NCBI GenBank assembly: GCA_965223705.1 | Contig: OZ245015.1 | Location: forward strand, 3,488,001-3,552,000 | Length of the DNA stretch: 64,000 bases | From: Myxococcota bacterium | GTDB lineage: Bacteria > Myxococcota_A > UBA9160 > UBA6930 | Direction: 5' to 3' | Shown here: in pieces, positions 38,829 to 48,146 of the stretch | Layout of the letters: each line of letters begins with the position of its first letter | Numbering within the stretch: the stretch's first letter is position 1 | Program-made: the position numbers and the translations under genes | The notes under the pieces: generated by a model | The model's input: the letters and a program-made list of their open reading frames with translations, nothing else | What the model was told of the DNA's origin: nothing | Databases searched by the model: none

Positions 38829-39242
38829 TCACCTACCGCTCCTCTTGTTGAATCCGGACCCGTATGGGAAGTCGACGAGACCGGTGTCGAGCTTCTCGCG
38901 ATCGAAGGTCCAGTATTGGCGGATCTCTGCGATTCGGTCGTCCTCGAAGCGGTAGTGCTCCGAGCCACGAACCGCGAAATCTCCGTGGGCCGAGCGACCC
39001 GTCATGGTCCACTCGATTGCCGCGGTGTCGCCGTCGCTCACACAGGTATCGACGAGCCACACCGCACCTTCCCAGCGGTCGCGCACCTTCGCCCAGAATC
39101 CGCCGATGGTCGCGGCGCCGCGGACCGGCGGGTGGTTCGTGTCGAACACGACCGCGTCCCTCGTAAAATGCGAAGCGATGTCGTCCGCGGTGCCTTCGGA
39201 ACACGCGCGAAAGTACGCTTCGATGCGTTCACGATGTGTCAT
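38829..39242 (-). CDS. SnoaL-like / NTF2-fold protein
   Basis: IEAYF, AAIEWTM, RGSEHYRFEDDRIAEIRQYW. Confidence 0.85.
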   Translation of the reverse strand: MTHRERIEAYFRACSEGTADDIASHFTRDAVVFDTNHPPVRGAATIGGFWAKVRDRWEGAVWLVDTCVSDGDTAAIEWTMTGRSAHGDFAVRGSEHYRFEDDRIAEIRQYWTFDREKLDTGLVDFPYGSGFNKRSGR

Positions 39243-39297
39243 TCTGATAATCTACCTCGAAGAGGACGTCTTCAGCCTCCTTCTACGCGAGGACGCG

Positions 39298-40593
39298 ATG
39301 AGCGAACGACGTGACACGCCGGGTTGCCCGATGAGCGCTGCAGCCCGGAACTTCGACCCCTATGACGAGGACTACCTGCAAGATCCGTATCCACACTTGC
39401 GGGCCGTCCGAGAACAAGAGCCGGTATTCTACGCCCCGGACCTCGATTACTGGATTGTATCCCGGCACGAGGACGTGAAGCGCTGCTTCATGGATCAAGA
39501 CGCTTTCTCCGCGGCGCCGGCGCTCGACACGATCGTCCCGCCCTTCCCGTCGACGATCGAGATCATGCAGAAGTACCAGCTCGCGCCCGGTCCATCGATG
39601 GTCAACGAGGACCCGCCGCTCCACCGTCCGCGGCGTCAGCGCTGTCAAAAGGCCTTCTCGCGACAGCGCATCCATGCCCTCGAACCCTTTGTCCGTGACC
39701 TCGCAACCCGCTTCATCGATCGGTTCGTAAAACGCGGTGAGGCGGATCTCGTGGCCGAACTCTTCTACGAGCTCCCGGCATTGGTCGTGTTCAAACTGTT
39801 CGGCATTCCCGACGATGAAGTCGAAGAGGTCAAAGCCTACGCCGGACCGCTGGCACTTTTTGGCTGGGGCAAGCCGAGCGAAGCCGAACAGAACCGTTTG
39901 GTCGAGATGGTCGGTCAGTACTACCAGTACGCCTGTCGGCATCTTGAACGGCTGAAGGAGAACCTCGGCGACGATATTGCAAGCGACATGCTGCGCGCTC
40001 ACCAGGAAGATCCCGAAACCTGGCCGATCTCCTACATCGCGTTTTTGCTTCCGAACTTTCTCTATGCCGGGCACGAGACGACGACCAGTCAATCCGGCAA
40101 CGCGCTGCGGATTCTTCTCGAGCACCCCGACCAGTGGGAGCGCTTGTGCGGAGATCCGTCCCTCGCGGAGAGCGCGGTGGATGAGTGCATCCGCGCGGTT
40201 TCGTCGGTGATTGCGTGGAGGCGCCGCACGAAGAAGGACGTCACCGTCCGCGGCGTCGACATTCCGGCGGGAGCGAACTTGCTGATCTACAGCGGCGCCG
40301 CCAACCGCGACGAGAACGTGTTCGAGGACCCCGATCGCTTCGACATTACCCGAGAGAACGCGAGACAGTCGCTGTCGTTTGGCTTCGGTGCGCACCTGTG
40401 CATGGGGGCGCCGCTCGCGCGGATGGAGCTCAAGGTGATGCTCGAAGAGTTCTCGCGCCGCCTGCCGCACATGCAGCTCGTCGAGGGGCAGTCGTGGTCG
40501 TACTCGGCGAACACCTCGTTCCGCGGCCCTCAGCGGTTGTTGGTGCGCTGGGACGCCGAAGCGAACCCGGTTGCCGCGGACCGCCCGTCGTAA
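39298..40593 (+). CDS. Cytochrome P450 (CYP116-like heme domain, stand-alone)
   Basis: GCPM N-terminus, MVNEDPP, AGHETT, SSVIAWRR, FGFGAHLCMG, NTSFRGP..WD. Confidence 0.92.
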   Translation: MSERRDTPGCPMSAAARNFDPYDEDYLQDPYPHLRAVREQEPVFYAPDLDYWIVSRHEDVKRCFMDQDAFSAAPALDTIVPPFPSTIEIMQKYQLAPGPSMVNEDPPLHRPRRQRCQKAFSRQRIHALEPFVRDLATRFIDRFVKRGEADLVAELFYELPALVVFKLFGIPDDEVEEVKAYAGPLALFGWGKPSEAEQNRLVEMVGQYYQYACRHLERLKENLGDDIASDMLRAHQEDPETWPISYIAFLLPNFLYAGHETTTSQSGNALRILLEHPDQWERLCGDPSLAESAVDECIRAVSSVIAWRRRTKKDVTVRGVDIPAGANLLIYSGAANRDENVFEDPDRFDITRENARQSLSFGFGAHLCMGAPLARMELKVMLEEFSRRLPHMQLVEGQSWSYSANTSFRGPQRLLVRWDAEANPVAADRPS

Positions 40594-40614
40594 ACGGCCC
40601 GTGCGGCGGCGCTG

Positions 40615-41997
40615 TCATGCGCCCACCGATCTCTCATTGGCGAAAGCTCTTGCGGGATGGTCGTCCGAGAGGCGCGGGCATCCGGGGCCAGAAAAGCGCT
40701 CCCGCAGTGTTTTGCCTTCATACGCGGTACGGAAACGACCGCGCCGCTGGAGCTCGGGGATCACCAGGTCGACGAGGTCGTCGAAACCACCCGGCTGGAC
40801 GTTCGGAAGGACGTTGAACCCGTCGATGCCCGTGTCTTCGACCATCCTCTCCATGCGATCGACGACCTGCTCGGCGGTCCCGACGATGACGCGCTGCATG
40901 CCCCCGAGGCGGACGTTCTCCGCGAGATCGCCAAACGTCGCGTCCGGCCCGCCGGCGAGCTTCGAGAGAAGCCCGCCGACCGACTCGATGCCGCTGCTCG
41001 AGAAATCTCGAATGGGATCGCTCATCGCGTAGGGAGCCAGATCGATCCCACTCCAGCCGCCGAACAACGCGAACGCGCCTTCCGGACTTCCGTGGGCGCG
41101 GAGCACGTCGAGCTTGGTCTTCGCCTCGGCTTCTGTCTCGCCAACAACGAGACACAGACCGCTCAGGAGTTTCACGGAATCCGCGGCACGGCCTGCGGCT
41201 TCGGTGGCTTCGACGACGGCTTCCTTGGTCGCGCGCGGGTGGGGTCCACCCCCCAAGGTCACGAACATCGCCTCGGCGTGGCGCGCGGCGAAGGAGATGC
41301 CTCGTGGTGAGGTGCCAGCCTGCACCAGGAAGGGCGTGCGTTGCGGTGAGGGTTCGCACATGTGCGGCCCTTCGACCGCAAAGTGTTCATTGTGGTGGTG
41401 GATTTTGTGGACCCGAGCGGGATCGGTATGAACGTCCGCTGCCGCGTCGCGAACGACCGCGCCCTCGTCCCAACTCTGCTCCCAGAGTTTACCGACCACC
41501 TCCATGAATTCATCTGCGCGGTCGTAGCGCGCGTCGTGAGGAAGCGCTTCCCCTCCCAAGCCGTTGCGGTACGCGCTCTCGAGGTAGCTCGTCACGATGT
41601 TCCAGCCGACCCGTCCGCCGGTGAAGTGGTCGAGCGACGAGAACAGCTTCGCCGTGTGAAAGGGTGGGTAGTACGTCGTCGAGTGGGTGATCACGAAACC
41701 CAGGCCCTCGGTTTCCCTCGCGAGCAGCGGAAGCAACACCGACGGATCGTTGCCGGGGAACTGAACGGCGTGACGAACCCCCGCGTCCATCGAGCCACCG
41801 TAGATGTCGTACACCCCGTGAATGTCGGCGAAGAACAATGCATCGACGAATCCGCGGTCGAGGGTCCGTGCGATATCCAACCAGAACTCGACGTCGCGAT
41901 ATCCCGGGGAGGAGCGATCTCTCGGATTGCGCCACTGCCCCTTCGCCTGAGGACAGGGAGAGCACTGGGAGAAAGCACAAATATGGATGTGTCCCAT
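40615..41997 (-). CDS. NtaA/DmoA/SoxA family FMN-dependent monooxygenase
   Basis: LFFAD, LDHFTGGRVGWNIVTSY, RYDRADEF, PSPQRTPFLVQAGTS, IPELQRRG. Confidence 0.92.
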   Translation of the reverse strand: MGHIHICAFSQCSPCPQAKGQWRNPRDRSSPGYRDVEFWLDIARTLDRGFVDALFFADIHGVYDIYGGSMDAGVRHAVQFPGNDPSVLLPLLARETEGLGFVITHSTTYYPPFHTAKLFSSLDHFTGGRVGWNIVTSYLESAYRNGLGGEALPHDARYDRADEFMEVVGKLWEQSWDEGAVVRDAAADVHTDPARVHKIHHHNEHFAVEGPHMCEPSPQRTPFLVQAGTSPRGISFAARHAEAMFVTLGGGPHPRATKEAVVEATEAAGRAADSVKLLSGLCLVVGETEAEAKTKLDVLRAHGSPEGAFALFGGWSGIDLAPYAMSDPIRDFSSSGIESVGGLLSKLAGGPDATFGDLAENVRLGGMQRVIVGTAEQVVDRMERMVEDTGIDGFNVLPNVQPGGFDDLVDLVIPELQRRGRFRTAYEGKTLRERFSGPGCPRLSDDHPARAFANERSVGA

Positions 41998-42110
41998 AGC
42001 CCTTTCAGCGTAGCGTGATCGCATCCTGAGAGCGGTCTTCCCATGTGAGCTATATACGCCGCCGCCGGCGTCACCATCGTGCGTCGATGCTCGAGCTGAG
42101 GAGACGTTCG

Positions 42111-42399
42111 ATGTCCTCTATCCGTCGCGTCGTGACCGGTCACGATGCTTCCGGTCGTTCTGTCATCGCGAGCGACGCGGTCGTCTCCGCGCTTCGACCG
42201 AAGGACTTACCGGGTCTCGAAATGACACCGCTCTGGCGAAGGCCGTATCATCCTCGAGCTCGACGACGGTTCGAAGACCGAGCTCCGCGCGGGCGACTGC
42301 GTGGTTCAAAGCGGCACGATGCACGCGTGGCGCAACCCCTTCGGCGAACCGTGTCGCATCATCGGAGTGGCGATCGGTGCGGGGTGGCAGGCCGGCTAA
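42111..42399 (+). pseudogene. Internally deleted, frameshifted cupin; paralog of 38198-38734
   Basis: MSSIRRVVTGHDASGRSV..PGLEMTPLW, then a frame change to EGRIILELDDGSKTELRAGDCVVQSGTMHAWRNPFGEPCRI..*. The middle segment containing MHxTxTxD is missing. Confidence 0.8.
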
Positions 42400-42426
42400 G
42401 AGAGGACGAAGAGAGGAACCCAAGCG

Positions 42427-42819
42427 ATGAACGAGAACGACCCGATCGCTCCCTACGATGGGCACGGCGACCGCCTGCTCTTCGAAAACGATGACATTGC
42501 CGTGTGGGAAGAGGTTTTCGAGCCCGGGACGCCGACGAAGCCGCACCGTCACGTGCGAGACTACATCGCCGTCGCGCTCGACGAGGGCGAGCTTCGGATC
42601 CAATCGTTTTCGCAGGAACCGGAAGTGTACGAACGACTCGCCGGCCTCCTCGATGCGACCGATGAAACGGACGACACCAAGCGGGTTCGATTCAGTGCCG
42701 GCACGGTCCTGCACGCGGCCCAGCCCGCGGGAGGCCACGCGCACCGCGCAGAGAACGTCGGAGGGCGGCCGAGCCGTGTCTTGCTGATCGAACTGAAGCA
42801 CAGCGGAGTCGGGCGTTGA
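42427..42819 (+). CDS. Small cupin domain protein
   Basis: LLFENDDIAVWE..PHRHVRDY..HAHRAENVG..LLIELK. Confidence 0.8.
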   Translation: MNENDPIAPYDGHGDRLLFENDDIAVWEEVFEPGTPTKPHRHVRDYIAVALDEGELRIQSFSQEPEVYERLAGLLDATDETDDTKRVRFSAGTVLHAAQPAGGHAHRAENVGGRPSRVLLIELKHSGVGR

Positions 42820-43598
42820 GACTCAAAGACCGGAAAGCGTTGGTCACAGGTGGCGCCAGTGGAATCGGCGCGGCGATCGCTCGCCGACTTGCGGCAGAGG
42901 GTGCGCGAGTCGGGCTCGTCGATCGCGACGATGCACAGACCGTCGTCGACGAGATCCGCGGTCGCGGTGGGGAAGCGCACGCCCTGCGTGTCGATCTCTC
43001 CGAGGTTTCGGCCTGCGAGCGCGCCGTCGATGACGGCGCGAAAGCGCTCGGCGGGCTCGATGTCCTCGTCAACTGCGCGGGTCTCTTTCGGGGCGTGCCT
43101 TTCGAAGAACTCTCGGAAGAGATCTGGGAACTCCACCACCGCGTCCTGGCGCGCGCGCCGATCTTTCTCTGCCGCGCCGCCCTCCCCCATTTGAAAGAGA
43201 GCCACGCCGCACGCATCGTCAACGTGACCTCGGTCGCGGCTCACTTCGGCGCTCCCGGAACCGTCGCGTATAGCGCTGCCAAAGGCGCGTTGCTGTCGTC
43301 GACGCGAGCGCTCATGACCGAGCTCGCTCCGCTGGGAATCAGCGTGAACGCCGTCTCGCCGGGCAACGTCCGCACACCACTCAACGCCGACCTACGCGCC
43401 CTCAAAGGGTACGAGGCGAAGTGGACCGAGCTCACACCTTCGGGCCAGGGCTTCCTCGAGCCCGAGTCGATCGCCGGCGCGGTGGCGTTCCTCGCGTCCG
43501 ATGACGGTGCGATGATCCACGGCCAGCAGATCGTGGTCGATGGCGGCGTGACGGCGGGGCTCTCAAGCGCCGCCATCAGCCTGGCGAGCGACGAGTAA
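42816..43598 (+). CDS. SDR oxidoreductase
   Basis: TGGASGIG, NCAG, YSAAK, VVDGG. Confidence 0.92.
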   Translation: MRLKDRKALVTGGASGIGAAIARRLAAEGARVGLVDRDDAQTVVDEIRGRGGEAHALRVDLSEVSACERAVDDGAKALGGLDVLVNCAGLFRGVPFEELSEEIWELHHRVLARAPIFLCRAALPHLKESHAARIVNVTSVAAHFGAPGTVAYSAAKGALLSSTRALMTELAPLGISVNAVSPGNVRTPLNADLRALKGYEAKWTELTPSGQGFLEPESIAGAVAFLASDDGAMIHGQQIVVDGGVTAGLSSAAISLASDE

Positions 43599-43683
43599 CC
43601 ACCGCAGACGGAGTACACCGAGTTTCGGTGGCTTTCGCGCGCACTCGTGTGGCAAGGTGGTTTGTATCCACAGGAGGATTCCC

Positions 43684-44844
43684 ATGGCGACACCCCCCGC
43701 TTCCGTGGCCGGCGCCATCGACGCCGACGGTCATATTCTCGAACCTGCGGATCTTTGGGAGACCTATCTCGAAGAAAGGTATCGCGACCGCGCCCTGCGA
43801 ATCCGAACCAACGCCGAAGGACTCGAAGTCATCGAGATCGACGGCAAGCCCACGTGGACGGGATACCCGGGCTTTCCCGGCCTACTCGGCGGAATGGGTC
43901 GCGAAGATCTCATTCCCGGGCCGGACGTGACCTACGAAGGTTCCGCACCTCCGGCCGCGATGGAGGTGGGTGCGCGACTCAAGCGGATGGACGCCGAAGG
44001 GGTCGACAAGTCCATCCTCTACCCGACGCTCGGCCTCTTCCTCGGCGAAATTCAGGACCCGGAGCTCTTCACGGCGCACTGCCGCGCTTACAACCGTTGG
44101 ATCGTCGAATTCTGCAAGGGAAGCGGCGGACGATTGGTTCCGATCGTACAGGTTTCACTTGAGACCGATCCGCAGGAGGCGGCCGCGGAGCTCGAACGGG
44201 GCGTGAAAGCCGGCGCCAAAGGAGGCTTCTTTCTCCCCTTCACCTGGAAAAGGAAGTCGCCGGGGCACCCCGACTACGACCCGCTGTGGGCGAAGGCCGA
44301 AGAGCTCGGCGTTCCCTTGGCCATCCATCCCACCGCCGACCCAGCGCCGCTCGATGTACACAAGCGCTTCGACGAACTCGGGCAGAATGGCCCGAACTTG
44401 AACCTCACTTGGTATTTCGACGTACTGGTCTCGCAAGGGATGATGCAATCGTTCGTTTCGCTCTTCCATTACGGCTTATTCGATCGATTCCCCACCGTCA
44501 AAACGGTGGTGCTCGAATCCCAAGCGGGTTGGATCGGGTTCTTGCTCGACCGCATGGACGCGGTCTTCCGCACCGGCCTCGGGCAGACCACGCATATGAA
44601 GGAATCGCCGAGTACGTATTTCAACCGGCAATGTTGGATTTCCGCGGACCCCGATGAACGCGCGCTCTCCCGCGTGATCGATCACGTGGGCTCCGACCGC
44701 TTCTTCTGGGCCTCGGACTTCCCCCACCCCGATCACGGCGACGACTACATGAACGAACTCGCGGAGTTGGTCGCGCCGCTCTCCGACCGGAGTCGACGCC
44801 AAATCCTGTGGGAGAACGTCGCTACCGTCTACGACCTGGGATAA
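43684..44844 (+). CDS. Amidohydrolase family protein (amidohydro_2)
   Basis: DADGHILEP, LYPT, IHP, WASDFPHPD. AGGAGG RBS. Confidence 0.9.
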   Translation: MATPPASVAGAIDADGHILEPADLWETYLEERYRDRALRIRTNAEGLEVIEIDGKPTWTGYPGFPGLLGGMGREDLIPGPDVTYEGSAPPAAMEVGARLKRMDAEGVDKSILYPTLGLFLGEIQDPELFTAHCRAYNRWIVEFCKGSGGRLVPIVQVSLETDPQEAAAELERGVKAGAKGGFFLPFTWKRKSPGHPDYDPLWAKAEELGVPLAIHPTADPAPLDVHKRFDELGQNGPNLNLTWYFDVLVSQGMMQSFVSLFHYGLFDRFPTVKTVVLESQAGWIGFLLDRMDAVFRTGLGQTTHMKESPSTYFNRQCWISADPDERALSRVIDHVGSDRFFWASDFPHPDHGDDYMNELAELVAPLSDRSRRQILWENVATVYDLG

Positions 44845-44857
44845 GCGAGGAGGTCCA

Positions 44858-46141
44858 ATGGAGGAATCGGTTCGAGATGTGAATCTTCACGATCTCGCGC
44901 GCATGGCCACCCACGGGTACCCCTGGGAAGGGTGGGACCGACTGAGGCGGGAAGCTCCGGTCTTCTGGTACGAGCACGATGAAGTCGAGCCCTTCTGGGC
45001 GGTCACCAAACACGCCGATGTGTTGGAGGTCTCGAAGCGTTCGGACATCTTCATCAATGGCGGGCCGCGTCTGCGGTTCATGCTCAAAGGACAGGTCGAA
45101 CCGCTGCGGTTTCTCGACCCGTTCGGCGAAGAACAGGGTTGGGACCCCAACGAGCCGTCGGACTTCGTGTTCATGGACGACCCGCGCCACAAGAAGATGC
45201 GTGCGATCGCGAGCCGCTCTTTTACGCCCGCGCGGATCAAGGAATCCGAGCCCCATTTCTTGAACCTCGCCAAGGTGTTCGCCGCGGAATTCGAACGTCA
45301 GCTGGCGGAGGGCCCGAAAGATTTTGTTCGCGATTATTCAGTCAAGCTCCCTCTCGCGGCGATCGGCGAGATGTTCTCGCTGCCCCCCGACGATTGGCGC
45401 CAGATTCTGGCCTGGACGAACGCCACCACGGGGGATTTCGAAGAGGGGTTTGTCCGCGAGGGGGAACTCTCGTCGGAAGCGAGTGTCCGGGCGCTCAAGG
45501 AGTTTCGCGGCTACCTAAACGAGCTGGTGGAGCGCCGCCGTCGCGAGAAGAGCGACGGCGACAGTCTTCTCGACCAAGTCATCGCCGGACGAGTCGACGG
45601 CGAACCTCTGACTGAACAGCAATTGAACGGGTACCTCGTGCTGCTCATCGCCGCCGGCAACGAGACGACACGCACGGCCACCACCGGAGGCCTGTTGGCG
45701 CTCCTCGAGCACCCGGACCAACTCGAGCGCCTGTGCGCAGAGCCCGATTTGTTGGATTCGGCGCTCGAGGAGATCCTTCGATTCACCTCGCCGGTCTACC
45801 ACTTCTTTCGGACCGCCACGGAACCCTACGAATTGTCTGGCGTGAAAATCGACGCGGGAGACACCGTCGGGATGTTCTACCCGTCGGCCAATCGCGACGA
45901 AGAAGTTTTCCCCGACCCCTACCGCTTCGACATCGCGCGGGACCCGAACCCCCACCTCGCGTTCGGGGGCTACGGGGCCCACTTCTGTCTCGGGGCTCAT
46001 CTCGCGAGGGCTGAGCTGCGCGCCTCGTTCCGGTCGCTCCTTCCTCTCTTGCCGAGGCTTGAACTGGCCGGTCCGCCGGTCAGAAACCCGCATCTCCACG
46101 CGCCGGGTTACCACTCCCTGCCCGTGGCGCTCAAGAGCTGA
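44858..46141 (+). CDS. Cytochrome P450 (CYP125-like)
   Basis: AGNETTRT, EEILR, FGGYGAHFCLG. Confidence 0.94.
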   Translation: MEESVRDVNLHDLARMATHGYPWEGWDRLRREAPVFWYEHDEVEPFWAVTKHADVLEVSKRSDIFINGGPRLRFMLKGQVEPLRFLDPFGEEQGWDPNEPSDFVFMDDPRHKKMRAIASRSFTPARIKESEPHFLNLAKVFAAEFERQLAEGPKDFVRDYSVKLPLAAIGEMFSLPPDDWRQILAWTNATTGDFEEGFVREGELSSEASVRALKEFRGYLNELVERRRREKSDGDSLLDQVIAGRVDGEPLTEQQLNGYLVLLIAAGNETTRTATTGGLLALLEHPDQLERLCAEPDLLDSALEEILRFTSPVYHFFRTATEPYELSGVKIDAGDTVGMFYPSANRDEEVFPDPYRFDIARDPNPHLAFGGYGAHFCLGAHLARAELRASFRSLLPLLPRLELAGPPVRNPHLHAPGYHSLPVALKS

Positions 46142-47165
46142 CCGGGCTTGCGCGACGACCGCGGTACGCCCCGGGTGAGATTCCGAACCAGCGCTTAAAC
46201 GCCTTCCCGAAGTTCGCGGGGTTGTCGAAACCCAACGCGCCAGCCACCTCTTTGATCGTAATCTCGTCGTTGGCGAGTAGCTCAGAGGCGCGCACCTGAA
46301 GGAACTCGTCCGTGATGGCCTGGTAGCTGGTACCCAGGTTACGCAACCGCCGGATCAAGGTTCGCGGCGCCATGTGCAGGTAGTCGGCGACGACGGGGAG
46401 CGTGGGGAGCGGTCGCGTTCGGTTCTCGTCCTCGAAGGCGCGGCACAAGAAACTCCGCACCTGACCCAGCGTCTCGCGTTCCGGCGAGGAAGCCATCGTG
46501 GTTTCGCACTGGGTGAGTGCGTAGCTCCACGTCGAAGCGTGGAATCCCAAATTCTCAAGCGAGCGCCAATTCGCGGGGAAGACCAACGCATTGCACGAGG
46601 ACGCGAAGCGAACTGGACAGCGGAAGAACTCCCCGTAGCGCGTGGCGTGGGGTGTGGGCGGATACGTCAGGACCAGCTCGGCTTCGGCGAAATCGACGCC
46701 GTAGACCGTAGCGAGGTGCTGCTGCAAGATCAGGAGCGGCGTCTCGACCAGGAGCGGGAGCGATCCGCCGAGATCAATCACCGGGCAGAGTTCCGCGAGG
46801 AAGCGACCTTCTTCGCTGCGCCCCTGCATATGCATATACGGAACACGACTCGGAAAGAACCGCAGGAACGCATCCACCCCGGCCCCCAGATTCGGAGCCG
46901 AGAGCAGCGCGATGCTGATCGGGCCGTGGAAGTGGTCTGTCAGGCTGCTCGACCAGGCGAGATACCAGGCGGGGTCGCGGGCCAGCGCCTCGGTGTTGCG
47001 AATATATTGGAGCGCCTGACGCACGGTAATGCGGCGCTCAGCATCTTCGAGCTCCTCGGCGGAGAGACCGGTGTGTGCGAGCAGCTGGTCGGCATCGAAG
47101 AGGCGCAGCAAATGGCGGCCGTAGGTGGCGGGCATGGGTAGGCCTTCGACAACACCTCTGTCCAT
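46131..47165 (-). CDS. AraC family transcriptional regulator with an N-terminal ligand-binding domain
   Basis: C-terminal double HTH (VADYLHMAPRTLIRRL..EVAGALGFDNPANFGKAFKRWFGISPGAYR). Start uncertain (47165 or 47135). Confidence 0.9.
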   Translation of the reverse strand: MDRGVVEGLPMPATYGRHLLRLFDADQLLAHTGLSAEELEDAERRITVRQALQYIRNTEALARDPAWYLAWSSSLTDHFHGPISIALLSAPNLGAGVDAFLRFFPSRVPYMHMQGRSEEGRFLAELCPVIDLGGSLPLLVETPLLILQQHLATVYGVDFAEAELVLTYPPTPHATRYGEFFRCPVRFASSCNALVFPANWRSLENLGFHASTWSYALTQCETTMASSPERETLGQVRSFLCRAFEDENRTRPLPTLPVVADYLHMAPRTLIRRLRNLGTSYQAITDEFLQVRASELLANDEITIKEVAGALGFDNPANFGKAFKRWFGISPGAYRGRRASPVSS

Positions 47166-47181
47166 GAGGTGCCATTTTCGC

Positions 47182-47213
47182 ACATTTTGTCACCAAAAGA
47201 ACAAATGTTGTCA
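47182..47213. promoter_or_regulatory. Probable AraC-type operator
   Basis: AT-rich tract with TTGTCA direct repeats at 47187 and 47208 (21-nt spacing) between the divergent AraC gene and the LEH operon. Confidence 0.5.
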
Positions 47214-47297
47214 TGAGATGATTTCGCGCTCGCGGCCGGCGCGGCCGTAGAATCCGAGGCCAAGCGGCGTGTTGCCGTGCAACGCAAAGGAGCTGCG

Positions 47298-47711
47298 ATG
47301 TCTGACCCCGCGATTGTCGAGCGAAACGTCGCCAAGGTTCGAGAGTTCATCGACGCCTGGGGTGCGGTCGACTGCGATGCCGCCATGGCCTGCCTGTCGG
47401 ATGATATTGAGTACATCAACCTGCCCCTCGAGCCCCTCATCGGCCAAAAGGACGTTCGAAGAATCGTCGACGGCATCATGAAGCTCTCGGTGAAGGTTCA
47501 CTGGGAGCTCATCAACATCTTCGGCCACGGCAACGTCGTCACCACCGAACGTCTCGATCACTGGGATTTCGACGGGAAGGGCTGGGGCCTGAAGCTCCCT
47601 TGCATCGGCATGTTTGACGTGAACGACGAAGGGAAGATCTGCGGCTGGCGCGATTACTTCGACAACCGCATGTGGTTCGAAAACGGCGGACCCATCCTTC
47701 ATCTCGACTGA
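47298..47711 (+). CDS. Limonene-1,2-epoxide hydrolase family protein
   Basis: YIN, TERLD, WRDYFD catalytic pattern. AAGGAG RBS. Confidence 0.88.
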   Translation: MSDPAIVERNVAKVREFIDAWGAVDCDAAMACLSDDIEYINLPLEPLIGQKDVRRIVDGIMKLSVKVHWELINIFGHGNVVTTERLDHWDFDGKGWGLKLPCIGMFDVNDEGKICGWRDYFDNRMWFENGGPILHLD

Positions 47712-47724
47712 GAGGAACTGCCCA

Positions 47725-48135
47725 ATGGACGAAAAAGCCACGATCGAACGCAATATCGGGGTCGTCAGAACCTTTCTTCGGGGCTGGGACGAGCGCGACG
47801 TAGACCTCTGCATGTCGCAGTGCACCGAGGACATGGTGTACTGGAACAAGCCCCTCCCTCCGCTCAAAGGCCCGGACGTCCGCACGATGATCGCTTCGAT
47901 CTTCGAGCCGGCGAAGCGAGTCGAATTCATCCTTCACAACATTTTCGGCCACGGGAACAAGGTCATTACCGAACGCCGGGACCAGTGGGACTGGGATGGC
48001 AGCGGAACGTGGCAGCTGGTGCTCCCCGTGTGCGGCATGTTCGAGCTCACGGACGACGGCAAGATCTACGAATGGCGTGAGTACTACGACAACGAGCACT
48101 GGACCCAGCACGGCGGTCCGAGTCTCGAGCTCTAG
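47725..48135 (+). CDS. Limonene-1,2-epoxide hydrolase family protein (tandem paralog)
   Basis: YWN, TERRD, WREYYD. Clear similarity to the upstream gene (NIFGHGN, CxGMF, HGGPSL). Confidence 0.86.
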   Translation: MDEKATIERNIGVVRTFLRGWDERDVDLCMSQCTEDMVYWNKPLPPLKGPDVRTMIASIFEPAKRVEFILHNIFGHGNKVITERRDQWDWDGSGTWQLVLPVCGMFELTDDGKIYEWREYYDNEHWTQHGGPSLEL

Positions 48136-48146
48136 GAGACCTTTCC

